Position numbers and translations under genes: made by a program. Shown piece by piece: positions 26,992 to 41,745 of a DNA stretch of 64,000 nucleotides (position 1 is the stretch's first letter; every line of letters begins with the position of its first letter). This DNA comes from Octopus vulgaris. Taxonomy: Eukaryota. Where the stretch lies: positions 4,712,001 through 4,776,000 of the forward strand of contig OX597828.1 in assembly GCA_951406725.2 (NCBI GenBank), written 5' to 3'. The notes under the pieces are model-generated. The model searched no databases and was not told the DNA's origin. It saw only the letters and a list, made by a program, of their open reading frames with translations.

Positions 26992-28290
26992 ATGTGCGTG
27001 TGTGTGTGTAAATACATGTGTTTGTGAATGTTCGGATATACACACACACACTGCTCTCACGCACTCACACACGTTCGTCCTCATATTTGCGTGTGTATAT
27101 TGTAATACCTTAACAGACAGAAAGCATAACGTTAATCCTAAAATGCATAGACTAAAATAAAGAAGAGAAAATATTGTTTTTGCATGCGTGCAAATGTATG
27201 TTGACAAATTCTATGCTTTAATACAGAGTAACTACTTTCACCGCAAATCCCTTTTCGCTAGTATTTGAAATGTCTTAGAATAGCAAAAACCACTTACATA
27301 TTTTTCCACAACAAACATCATGTGTGTTAAATAAATCTCGCTTAATCTACTTTATCTGCTCTTGTCATTTACTTTGCTTTTAACACTTGCACTTATTTAT
27401 TAGTTTGTTTTAATGTTGTTTTTGCTATTGCTGCTGCTGCTGCTGCTGCTGCCGTTGTTGTTGTTGTGGCTGCTGCCGACATTGTTGCTGGTTTGGTTTT
27501 GTTCAGTTATATTCTTTCTTCTGCATTCGTATTTAGTTTGCGTTTATCTTCTTTAACATCATTTCTGCTATTTTGATCGATAAACTCAGCTTTGTGGTTA
27601 CATGGTAATAGAATTTATATGTTCGTGTGTTTTCTTTCTTTCTTTTCCCGTTAACTGATTATTTCATTCTTTCCTGATTCCACTACACTGGCAGAGCATT
27701 TGTTCCCTACATACACACATGCACACACACACACACACACATACGCAAATACACAGACACATACACACACACTCACACAGACACATACTTGTGTGTTTAA
27801 GCGTATATGAATGCCTGCATATATCTACCAATAAACATGTATATGTATTTATATATACATACATACGTATATATATATATATATATATATATGTGTATAT
27901 ATATATACAGACATATATTCATGCACATATACTCGCATACATACACGCATACATGCGTACATATATACATACGTAAATACATGTATACATACATAGTGAT
28001 ACCTTTTCAGCATTCTCATCCTATCATCGATAACCTTGTCAGAATAGATCTAAAGCATTATGTTATTTTGATTTTTTTTGGTGCTTTGGATTTTTATTCT
28101 GTCATTTATTCTATAAACCTATGAAATCCAAGTCGTCTACAATATCTGGATATTTCCTGATTTTAACACACATATGTATCGTTTAAAGTAGGATTTGGTA
28201 ATCTTAGATAAATTCAGACTAAGTAAGCCTTAATGTCAAAACATATACTATTGTGTGGATAATATCGATGTCTACAATCACAATCTGAGA

Positions 28291-28347
<57 letters not shown>

Positions 28348-28419
28348 CAACTTTATATATGTATAGCTGTTCGGGTTTGTGTATGCGTGTGTGCTTGAAG
28401 TGTAAGTGTGTGTAAGCAT

Positions 28420-28620
28420 TTCTTAGTGGTTAGTCTGTTGCACTCACGATCGCGAGATGGTGAGTTCGATTTCCAGACCGGAGCGATGCGTCGTGTTCTT
28501 AAGCAAAGCACATCATTTCACGTTGTTCCAGTTCCCCTAACTATTAAGGGGGAATGTTACCCTTCTTGCCTAGCTAGCGGAGTGACATCATTCGAGGGCT
28601 GAAACGATGCAAAGCGTGTG
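28420..28620 (+). mobile_element. tRNA-derived SINE, degenerate
   Basis: CTTAGTGGTTAG (A box), GAGTTCGATTTCC (B box) and GTGTTCTTAAGCAAAGCAC. Confidence 0.6.
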
Positions 28621-29354
28621 TTGTGTACGGGAAGTACTATGACTATATATACTTGAACTTCAGTTCGTCCCTGGTTCGATTCAAGTACATGATGTTCATA
28701 AGCCTCGAAAATGGCGAAATATCGATATCCTTGATGCGACAGGAAGCGATTTGTTTTGCTTACCTATTTCATTCAAGTGTCTTAACACGTAGTGTCTTGA
28801 AAGGATCGTTTCCAGGCTGCTGTACGACAACGAGCAGGCAAGCAAGCCAAACGCATACAATGCGTACGTGCGGTTGTAAATGTTTGCGACAGTAGTGCGG
28901 CGGTTAATTCATATTTGAATTTAATCTTATGTGAACATCATCGTGGCATACCAACAAATGGTTTTTACACTATTTGTATATAGTCATAGAGTGGCAATTC
29001 AGTATATCGCCGGTTCGATCCAGCCAGGTGGTGTTATAAAACACCACAAAAATGGCGAAATATCGCTACTCATCACTCCTAGATGTTTTAAGTCGTCTCG
29101 ACTCTCTCCGGCTTTCAGGTATCTTAACATGCAGTGTTATGAGGTCGTCATCCCATAACACTGACCGCATCGACTTGGCAAACAGGCAAAACACACAACT
29201 TCTTGAGTATGTGCGGTCGATAATACTTAAAATATTTGAATATATATATATGTATAAGTGTACGTGTATGTGTATTTGCATATGTGTGTGCTCTGTGTGC
29301 AGAACTATGTATAACCTCTTGTATATATGAACACAGTTAGGTATATTTCTTTTT

Positions 29355-29591
29355 TTTCTTCTTTCATTCATTTGACTGCAGACATACTGGAGCACCACCT
29401 TTAGTCGAGCAAATCGACTCCAGGACTTATTCTTTGGAAGCTTAGTATTTATTCTATTGGTCACTTTTGTTACGGGGACGTAAACACACCACCATCGGTT
29501 GTCAAGCGACGTTGGAGGGACAAACAAGGACACACACACTTGCACAAACACACACATACACACACACACACACACACACATACACACACAT

Positions 29592-29641
<50 letters not shown>

Positions 29642-29675
29642 GACGTCTACCAAATCCGCTCACAAGGCTTTGGTT
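29355..29675 (-). mobile_element. Octopus-type SINE with internal microsatellite
   Basis: Collinear with 53148-53435. Confidence 0.8.
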
Positions 29676-32171
29676 GGATGGGAACTTTCTAGATGCAATT
29701 GCGTAGTCATTCATGGTACCCTACTTATAAGTGCACCATGTGTGTTATTAGGACGTTGATTATGAAGCAGTCAGTGGGTATTAGAACAATGTTGGTTGTG
29801 ACTATTTTGACTATGTGTATCATAACGTTTTGTTTAGGTTTATGATGTGATATCATTTGCAAATGTATTGCAACTGGATTTACAAATTTTTCAATATAGA
29901 AAGTATATAATTACGTTATGAATGTATCTAATATCACATTGGCATGGATGGATTTTACGACCATCTATTCGGACCATTGACTATTCGGATTTTACGACCA
30001 ACTGCGATTCCAAATTTGGTGTAGTGAAAATGGTACACTCCTTCCCACGTGATAAAGTGGTATGACTCAACCACTATAAAGCCAGACAGTCAGTAGCTTT
30101 GAAGGAGTCAGTAGTAGTAGAGTCGTTGTATGAGTTGTCAGCTTCTTTAAGTATCAGTTACGTAATATATACGAATTCGAGTTACCGTCAAATTCATTAT
30201 CTTGTAGAGCTATTAGCGATAGCACAATCGACGAGGCAAGGAAAATAAAACGCGGAATACCACAACAACATAATAGTGACAAGAATATTACAGTGCCGAC
30301 AATAACAAGTAGAAGATCTCACTCTATAAGAAACGTGTACGTTTATTATGAAAATATATAATGCTTTTTCACGAGTTCCACAATTCAACTTCATATATAA
30401 AAATACATAAACAATTGCAGATCCGTAGATGTCGTCATTTGGCAATTCAAATATAATTATCTAGATTAAGTAAATTTTTAAAAAGTATGTCATTGCAATA
30501 TTTGACTGTAATTTTAAACTTTTATTTAGGTTGATGAGATATGATGTAAAAGGATTTTCACTTCTATATTTAGGAGGGTGACAAGGCGCCATGTGATATT
30601 CGTAGCTGCCTTGTTTACACTTCGGGTGGCGATATTGCCGTATAAAATATGGCAATTGGGTAACCAGGGTCAGCTTCGCAATTATTATTAATTGCTTAAT
30701 TAAATATTAAATTTCTGATACAACTTTTACACAACTTTCAGAACCTATATTGAAAATAATTCCTAGATTTAATTTATACAATTTTTAACAGCGTCCGAAG
30801 CATTATTGTTTATGCTGTGTTTTCCTCATTGTATATCACCTGTTTACTTTAGATTCTGCTAGCCATATTTATTTTGTCACGTTCTTCATATATTGCTTTT
30901 GTTACTGTTAGACTCACCTGTTATAATATATGTATGTATGTAATTCTGTCTGTCTGTCTGTCTGTATGTATGTATGTATGTACGTATGTATGTATTGACA
31001 AACAAATACATATACATATGCCACATAGAGTATGCATTTGAACTGTTCTGTCATGCAATGGTTTTTGAGATTTTGGAAAGCCAGTGACTACTGAAACAAA
31101 CAATATACTTTGCTATCGTATGCGTAGACATTTTATATTTTTCGCCATGTACCATCCTACAAAGATTATGCAAGTTTTAATAACTATGAACAGATGCACC
31201 AAGGATAAAATCATTGAATTGGCTTACAAATCCGATACATTTATCTTGTCCTACTAAATACGCTCACTCATTTTATTTCTAGATCTATACAACATCATTT
31301 TACAATCATATAGCTTTAGAGAAATATTGTCTGTGTCAAAAAGACCCAAACAAAAATGAGAATATAAATATATTGAGTATAACATGAACATTTAAGACAA
31401 GTGTATGCCTCTGTTACACTACGTATAAAACAGCAGTACGAAATACATTCCCAGCTTTTCGAAACCTCTCACTCTAATGGCTTGTGATAAAAGTTGTTAG
31501 GTAAAATAATATTTAATTCAGAAATGATTACGTTGACTTCATTTCACGGTTACAGCTTTCTATTTTATTTCACTAGTATAGATTAGTTTCCGCACCGTAC
31601 TATAACGTCCCTCCATGTATTAACGTGAGTATGCAATCTACTTCTGTGAAGTTCCTCTCAAATAAATTATTTTTCATGTAGATGTCTTTTTCTTCCAAAG
31701 AAACAGTCCCGAACTCAATCACACTACAAATACGAACATTGACACTCTAACATGCGTCTCGAAGAGCATTTATACAGTGCACCGTGCACATTATATATCA
31801 ATGTTTGTGCATGTGTATGTGTGCGTGTCTGTGTATGCTCCCGTATGAACCTTTTTCATTCTTTGGCTGAACTACAGCCATCGTACTGGGAGAGCGTCTT
31901 GAGATCTTTTAGCCGACCATATCTACCATAGTACTTAATCTTGAGTCACAGACTTGCCTTCATGTTCACGGATTGCTGTAACACTAAGTTATGTATCCTA
32001 AAAACAGATCACTTGTATTAATGTATCACATGTTCACTCGCACACATGCATAAATATATGTGTCTGTGTGTGCATGTTGTTCTCTCTATCATGTGTATCT
32101 ATCTATCCATACATATATACAAATACACCCGCGCATACGCTCACAAACAAACAGAGTATGTATATACAAGG

Positions 32172-32206
<35 letters not shown>

Positions 32207-32869
32207 GCAGAGAGAGATAATGATGCAAATAAGTAACCAAACACACTTGGGTTCCGTTAAAAAATATACATATACACGTATAAATATATAGGGATATGTT
32301 GAGAGAGAAGCAAAAAATGGAACTATTCAGAAGACGAATATCCATGCATAAGCATAGAGATATTTATACAATCACAGAACAGATTTAAATGGTGTACAGA
32401 ACATGCAGCTAACTAACCTGTATTTCAGGTCAAACAGCTGTTTTTGAAGACTCGGAATTACGTATTAGTTGTAATGTTGGCAGATGGAGTGTGCAAAATA
32501 TCAAGAATCAGCAAACAGTTTGGAGTCGTATAAACCTTAACGTAAATCTGACTCCGTCTGCAGGATGGAGAGTTATCTCCATTCCTACACTTACTCTGTA
32601 TGTGTGTGTGTGTGCGCGCGCGCGCGTGTGTCTGTGTGTGCGTGTGTGTATAAATATAGACATATATACCTTATATATCGAAGAAGCATGCATACAGAAA
32701 GTGTGTAAGTAGGGATATTTTCAACTATGTATATATACAAATGCATGGCTCCGATTTACTTCTGTAAGAATGTAAGTAATATATTTATATTATTACTTGA
32801 CATGAAAATATATATCGATTAACAAGCCATTGTGCTTTCATGTTACGCTATAGAGTGCATATACAAAAT

Positions 32870-33500
32870 ATTGGTTTCAAATTTTGGCACAAGATCAGAA
32901 AGTTCAGTGGAAGAGATGAGTCGGTTACATCGACGCCAGTACTCAACTGATAGCTATTTTATCGACCCTGAAATGATAAAAGGCAAAGACGATCTCGGTA
33001 GGATTTAAAACTCAGACGTACAGACGGAGGAAATGCTGCTGAGTATTTTGCTGGGCCTATTACCGATTCCGCCAGATGACTGCCTTACTTTTTATAAGAT
33101 ATACGTTTCAAAACATCCAAAGTATTGGCTTGAAATTTTTGCACAAGGCCAGAAATTTTTATGTCGATGATATACAACCTCAGTGCTCTAATGGTATGAA
33201 ATCCGAAAGGATGAAGGAAAAATCAACCTCGACAGAATTTGATTTTAGACCGTAAAGAGACAGACGAAATACTGTTAAAATTCGTGGTTCTTAATTTTGG
33301 TACAAAACCAGGAGATTTAGGGAGGGTCTAAGTCAATGACATCAAACCTAGTGTTCAACTGGTATTTCTTTTATCGAACCGAAAGGATGAAAATCACAAT
33401 AGACGTTGTCGGAATTTGAACTCAAAATGTAAAGTTTGACGAAAAGCCGCTAAGCATTTTGTCCGACGAGGTAACGTTTCTACAAGCCCACCACCTTAGT
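32870..33500 (-). mobile_element. Three head-to-tail copies of a second SINE family
   Basis: Units at about 32870-33085, 33125-33280 and 33285-33500, each with AATTTTGGCACAAG..GAAAGGATGAA..GAATTTGAACTCAG; reverse complement of 52843-53050. Confidence 0.75.
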
Positions 33501-34598
33501 ATTAGAAAAATGTTGGTACTAAATTGTCCAAAATATTGACAGTTGTTAATCAATTCCTTAATATTTTTGTCAGTTTGATAGTATACATATATTGCAGCTA
33601 TAAAGCAGCAATTGTACCTAAATATTTATGCAGCTTGTTTCACACATATTTCGTCTACTGAATAGCACCCAGCAAATATGCATCAAAATATTGACCTTAT
33701 TGAAAATTATAGATCATGTTTCATATTAATTGGGTGAGGTATATAGGGATTCTATGTACTCTTTTGTTGCGGGATATATAAATACAATGTTATATACATG
33801 AAGGATAAAATGCAGTATGAGTGTGCGTGTATGTACGGAAGAATATAGAATAGTATGTATGTACATGTAAGCTTATATATATGCACACACACTAAGAGAT
33901 TGTACAGAATTTCTGTCAAAAGTGTTTCAATTAAAGACAGTTGAATCAAGTCAACAGTAGGATACACCATGATGCCACACAGAATGTAAAGATATGCAAT
34001 CCATGCGGGTGTCTTTTCAAAACATCATATATGTATATATGTATATATACACACACACAAACGCATACGCACACACACACACACACACACACGCACACAC
34101 ACATATATATATATATATAAGGTTTCTGAAGGTGGCTGGCGTATCTGCTGCGAGGAGGATCATCAAGGAATGTGGGGAGAAAGCAGTTGAGGGTAGTGCT
34201 TGGATTATCAGGAGGTTTGTGAAAACGTACAAATTTGATCTTGTTCTTTGAAGATAATTACTGGTTTCGCTATTGCTTTTCAAATTATGAGTTTTGTTTG
34301 CTAGGTGGGATTTTTCAGTGAAGGGGAGGTAAATCTGTACATTTTTATATTGGTCTACATTTGATTCTTACAATAGTTGGGGTAAATATTTAATTTTCAA
34401 TATGGGTTTATATTTAATTCCGGCTTTTATTTTACAATAAATGTGGCTTCTTTATTTAGTCGTACTTGTGTTGAGGATTTTGTGTTGAGTAATTTTAATA
34501 TTTCTATTATTGAAAACAAGTGGATGTATTCCACCGAAACTAGGTAAATAAAACCATCGAACAGAGATTGTCGGAAGCGACACCTACTGGCTGGCTAC

Positions 34599-34640
34599 GC
34601 TGCATTGAAAAGGGGCAATACCCCGAAACGCGTCTGTAGC
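34599..34640 (+). ncRNA. Type-I hammerhead-like motif with mutated core
   Basis: GCTGCA TTGAAAA GGGG CAATA CCCC GAAAC GC GTC TGTAGC: 6-bp stem I (one G-U), 4-bp stem II, palindromic ACGCGT and a GUC triplet. Confidence 0.6.
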
Positions 34641-34805
34641 TGCCGGTCAAGTAGTGTGGAGCGACTGACCTCCCTTGTTCGAAGGTTATATGGATACAGT
34701 TTGTGTATCAAATAGCTAACTTAAGGCGATGGCCTCATGGAGCTAATAAGCGGACAGCTTTATTCTTATTTTTATAAGAATGCCATATTAGTATGGCGAT
34801 AACTA

Positions 34806-34852
<47 letters not shown>

Positions 34853-35452
34853 CATTTATATATATATACACTTCCTGTTGGTTGAAGTAGACTGAACATT
34901 GCTGTAATACTTTTATGAAGATTCCCCTACAAGTTTTCACAAAATTGGTAACCAAGGTATTTTTCCAGTGAAGGGGAGGTAAATCTGTAAATTTTATAGT
35001 GGTCTATATTTGATTCTACAATAGGTTATGTTTCTATTTGCATTTCTATAGCTCTTGTTTCTAAAAATACTTCAAATTTGAAGTATTACATAGCTTTGTC
35101 TATACAAGATCATCGCCAATGAAAAGCTTTTTCTACGCGTGATATAGACACACTAGCGAATAACAGATTTACTCGACCGTAGGCAAATCGTAGTTGAAAA
35201 AGACCTCACCTTCTTTAGCGTCTAATTGCCCTTCTTTTCTAACTAACAATAAGTATGTTCAATGATAATTGAATGATTTCTATCCTTCTCCCGGTTTAAG
35301 AATCAGATTTTCAATAAAAGTAGGACACTATTATCAGATACGATTGGTCCTACTCCTGTTTTTAGCGCACTTCAGGAGAAAATCTAGCAGAAAAATAATT
35401 GCAACAAAAAATTACTAAGGGATTTATATGAGTATACAAATATATACTCTCA

Positions 35453-35505
<53 letters not shown>

Positions 35506-35861
35506 ATAGTGTTTGTATGTGTGTGTGAAATTTAATATACAGCGTATTAAAGTGATAGCTAATAACAGTTTCTTGCCATTAAGACACAAGACAAGTTATA
35601 AATACCTCTCTACCCACGTGTCTTCATCACAAGAAAATATTGGTGGCTTTTATTTTAATATAGTGTACATTAAATATTTACCTTTCATAGTAATTTTTTT
35701 GTTGATCTTACCTTGACGGAACAGTAAAGTATATATACATATACATACATACATACATACATACATACATCCATACATACATACACACATACATACATGC
35801 ATACATAGTGTGTGTGTGCGTGTGCGTGTATATGCATGAATGTATTTGCTTGTGTGTGTCT

Positions 35862-35900
<39 letters not shown>

Positions 35901-35928
35901 GTACATATACATATATACACACACACTT

Positions 35929-35967
<39 letters not shown>

Positions 35968-36911
35968 ATTTATATACAAAGTAACATACACATTCAGTTA
36001 GATAGAATAGAGAATAGATTAATAATGTCACATGATTTATTTAATGTATTTCTTTACCAAACAAATATAAGAAGAAACACAAACTGATTTCAGTGAAAAC
36101 AATCTGACGAATAATGTGATGAAATTTCGAAAGAAAATATATATTTGTACCGGGAAATGCAAACTTTTCTGACAGGTGATAAGAACAATGGGTTTAAATT
36201 CTTTAACCAACAGCTTTTTTGTAAAAGCAATTTTAAGTAGACAAAATGGAATGGAATTAAATTTCCCATGGTGATGTTATATTGTAAAGGTCGTTTGTAT
36301 AAGTTTTCAGAGTGTTTTATGGCTGTGTTTGGGATGATTTAACTTACATTCAGTGATATAAGAAATAACAGTTTTCATGTGTCTCTCGCTCGTATGCTTT
36401 ATTTTCTAAACGACCAGCAAATTACTAATCACATTCTACATTTTTCTTCTGCGTGTATGGGTGCGAGTGCATACATATACATATACATTGTAATTTCAAT
36501 TAATTCTACAATTTTACAATTTTATAATTTCACAAACTTATACAATTATAAGTCCACATTGGTTCAGTAACTTCTTTAAGCTCTAACACTATCCTAACAT
36601 GAATAACCTCTCTTTCTCTCTATAATTAAAAATAAAACCTCAAACTTATTTTAAGTGTCTAAATATCTCCCTGCATCCTAACATACGGTTACCTCCCTTG
36701 AGGTGGAATCTGTAATTCTGAAAATATTTTCATTCATTCCTTTTCATCGTTGCTTTTCTATTTCAGACAATTACTTGTAAATTTGATATATATCATAACA
36801 AAATAGTATATCCCTAACCGTAAGTACTATTCACCGCGCCTTCAGTTTGTAAGGCCCTTTCGACAATTCAGTCCTTGAATTTGTAAAATTTGTTTTGTAT
36901 TTTATTGATAG

Positions 36912-38350
36912 ATTAGCTTAAGGTGACCCGCGCGTAGAGCGGGTAAGAGTGTTGTTCTTACATTCTGTTGCTTCCTTTCTGTTTTTTATCACCACATTCT
37001 CCCTCTTTGTTTCTCTCTTCTTTCTCTCTCACTTTCCCACTCTCTTACTCTTCCTTTCTCTCGGACTCTCCTTCGCTTTCTCTTACTCTCTATCTTTCTC
37101 TATCTATCTGTCTCCCATTTATAAACAACAAAAGATCTTGAGTAAGTTGAGAAAGAAAATATTTTGAAAGATCTTTCCGTGGAAAGATCAACGGAAAGGT
37201 CTGCTTCAAAGCAGACAGCAAAACACTAACATTTAAAAGGGACAGACGAACTTGCGAGCTGAATAAAGATAAAAAAAATATTGGAAACCAAAATTTGAAG
37301 GGATAGAATCTGAGACAGTAGAGTCACCATGGCTGGCATTTCTTAACGACGGACAGCAACGTAGTGGCAGTTTAACGGCTGGCGTAAAATTTTGAACTTG
37401 ATGTAAAAGAAAATTCCTAAACACCAAGTTTGAAGTGATTCTTTCTCACGACAGTAGACTCACCATGGCAAGCATTCAAAACTACTTCATCATGGACGGC
37501 AACACATTGACGATTTAAAGGCTGGCGCAAATTTTTTAGCTTGATGTAACCACCCGCTCCTGTAAATTTTAATCCCCTTCCAGCCCCATTTAGACCCCTT
37601 TTCACATTTTGGATAATATAACCCGACTTCATTCGGGTCTACTTGTGCCACATTTTATAAGGTGTGGAATTTTGTCCTAGAGGTCACACCTTTCATTTGA
37701 GGAAAAAATTGTTGCCATGCAAACTCGCCAGCTCTTTCAACATAGGTGTGCATATTTTCAGATCAAATGTATACAAATATATATATATATATATATATAA
37801 ATACAGATATATACACTTTGTATATATATATATATGTTATATATACATATTTATATATAGAACACACACGCACACTCACATAGATAAAATAACCCAATAA
37901 ATATCTCATTCATAATATTTGTCCTCGTGATTGTGTTGTTGTGGTGGTGGCCATGATAATTCTCTCTATGAATGCAGACAAACGTAGAGAGAAGGGAGAT
38001 GCGGGAGAAATAGTGACAACGCTGGCGAAGGCGTCGAAGCAAAGATAGTAGACGCTGTCAAACGACGTTATAGAGAGAATGTGAAAGGAAGGGAGGAAAG
38101 AGAGAGAGGGGGGATGAAGACAGGCAGATAAAAGAATGAGAGTGGACTTGTCAAAGTGTGCGTTTTTTGCCCTAGTAACCACAACTTTTAAGATAGGGAT
38201 TTCTAACCTAACCCACTCACATCCCCACCTCATTTTACATGTCCCTGTAAATTTTGGAGTCAATCCGAAGGGATCTAGTGCCCTTTAACTCATTCCAATG
38301 CCAAAACCAGACAAACAAACTTTTGGCATTTCAGATTTATAGATATTGAT
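36912..38350 (+). mobile_element. Possible non-autonomous Helitron/Helentron-like element
   Basis: 5' TAG..GACCCGCGCGTAGAGCGGG hairpin, internal CT/GA-rich tracts, and a 3' AAATTTTGGAGTCAATCC..CAGACAAACAAACTTT..TTTATAGATATTGAT resembling Helentron-derived ends. Confidence 0.4.
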
Positions 38351-38594
38351 TTAACGGACCTTGGAAACCTTGGCAAGTTGGACATCCGCAAAATAGAAAC
38401 AGCTGGAAGAGTTCAGTATTTTTCATTCATTTAATCTTATTGATTTAGTTATTTATTTATTTATTTGTTTACTTGAATATTTATTTTGATTAATAATACA
38501 TGTGATTGTATGTAACTAATAGATCCATAAGAATGTTTACAGGTTGATGTGTGTCGATTGAATATTCTCTCCATTTTCTTATTTGCCTTAGATG

Positions 38595-38644
<50 letters not shown>

Positions 38645-38922
38645 TATGTATATTTATATACACGCATAAACATATACACACACAGAGACATATATATAGA
38701 CATGCATAAATGTGTGGGCCTATATATATATATATATATAGATAGATAAATATGCATGTGTGTGTCTATGTATGTATATATCTATACATATAGGTGCATC
38801 TATCAGATAACTTCGCGTCATATTGTTACCTGTCGTGTATATCGTATATATGTATCTATGCATGTATGTGTTTAAAGCACACGCGTACGCATTATGGATC
38901 ATGTATATAATAACATACAATA

Positions 38923-40478
<1,556 letters not shown>

Positions 40479-40488
40479 CAATACTGTG

Positions 40489-40723
40489 TACATTTAAGCA
40501 CATAAGCGAGAGCCAGAACAGGACATCTGACCCGCTAGAAGAAGTAGTTAAACTCCAAACCACTATTAGGTGTAATTTCGAAATGGAATAAAAAAAATTA
40601 AATCATTTACCCTCTATTTTTCATTCCCTTTCGAAATTAACCCTAATAGTGTTTTTGGGTTTAACTACTCTTTCTGGCGGGTCAGATGGCCTATTATGGC
40701 CATCTCTTTTGTGTTTAAATGTA
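40489..40723. repeat. Foldback/MITE-like inverted repeat with arms of about 105 bp
   Basis: TACATTTAAGCAC..CATCTGACCCGCTAGAA..AATTTCGAAA mirrors TTTCGAAATT..TTCTGGCGGGTCAGATG..GTGTTTAAATGTA. Confidence 0.85.
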
Positions 40724-40962
40724 TTTTTTTCTATGAATGATACATATTCTATTGACTAGTTGTTTCTTTTCGCTAGACGACTGGTAACAATGAAATTTTC
40801 TAAATTGTTTTTGCTACCGTGGAATTTATATATATATATATATATAGATTGAGACGAATTTAGTACTTAGTTTGAGGTACTAGAATTTAGTAAGGTATTG
40901 TCAATGCAATTTTAAAATAAGGTAATTAAAATCAAAATAAGCAACAAGGATATCCAGAGGTA

Positions 40963-41050
40963 ATGCAGTACGATGGTTTCAAGCAACGCCATTTCATTAA
41001 ACAATGCAGCCATTACATAAATTTAAATGCAGAGCAATCATCAGCTGCAT
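40963..41050 (-). ncRNA. Type-I hammerhead candidate with a long stem II insert and intact core
   Basis: Minus strand ATGCAG CTGATGA [~57 nt] GAAAC CATC GTA CTGCAT, with a perfect 6-bp stem I. Confidence 0.6.
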
Positions 41051-41439
41051 AAAACATTGAATTTTATTAAATTAAAACAGATTGACACATTAGTATAATG
41101 CTACCTAAAGTCTCCAAGAAGGTAAGGAGATAGGCAAAGAACAAGCTGCCTTCACCCCAGCTTAGAATGTTTTAAATTACATATATATATATATATAAAT
41201 TAATAAATAAATAAAACATATGCATATATACATATATATATGTACCTCTACATGTATATATACATGCATATATGGGTACAGAACACCAAAAAAAAAACGT
41301 CGAACACAATGAGAAACGAAAACATAAACCAAGGAAATGGACATTTTTCTTAAACAACGAAAAAATAGGGTACAGGACATACAAAACAAGGAAAATTCCC
41401 CTTCTTCAGTCGCCTTGAAGGATTGACGATTAAAACACA

Positions 41440-41745
41440 AGACGAGATATTGCAACAGTTTGAATTATATGTACTCACGGCTCTTCAATATCCTTCCAAA
41501 ATGCCTGAATCCTGCATGGTGTGGATTAGGTGTTCTCAAAACAAAACTTGATCTCCTCCTCTCATGGGTTCCAGATGAGCCTTATCTAACGGCAAGAAAT
41601 ACAGATGATAGCAGCAACATCAAACTCACTCATTCACCAAATGCCACATTCAAGGAAGGTTTCAAATAACGGTGTAGCACAGCCAACGCTGATGCCCCAA
41701 CATGACTGCAGTTTCTAGCGGAAACAATTTAAAGAATTAAAGAAT
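41440..41745 (+). mobile_element. CR1-like LINE 3' end
   Basis: RLFNILPKCL..LKTKLDLLLSWVPDEP C-terminus, then a tail GATGCCCCAACATGACTGCAG..GAAACAATTTAAAGAATTAAAGAAT. Confidence 0.7.

Noticed and set aside
30208-30361. Plus-strand exon after TTATCTTGTAG
   Set aside because: No clear donor site, an unrecognised peptide, and overlap with LTR-like sequence.
32870-33500. CRISPR-like or other repeat-spacer array
   Set aside because: The units are ~200-bp diverged SINE copies in eukaryotic DNA, with no short identical repeats or cas genes.
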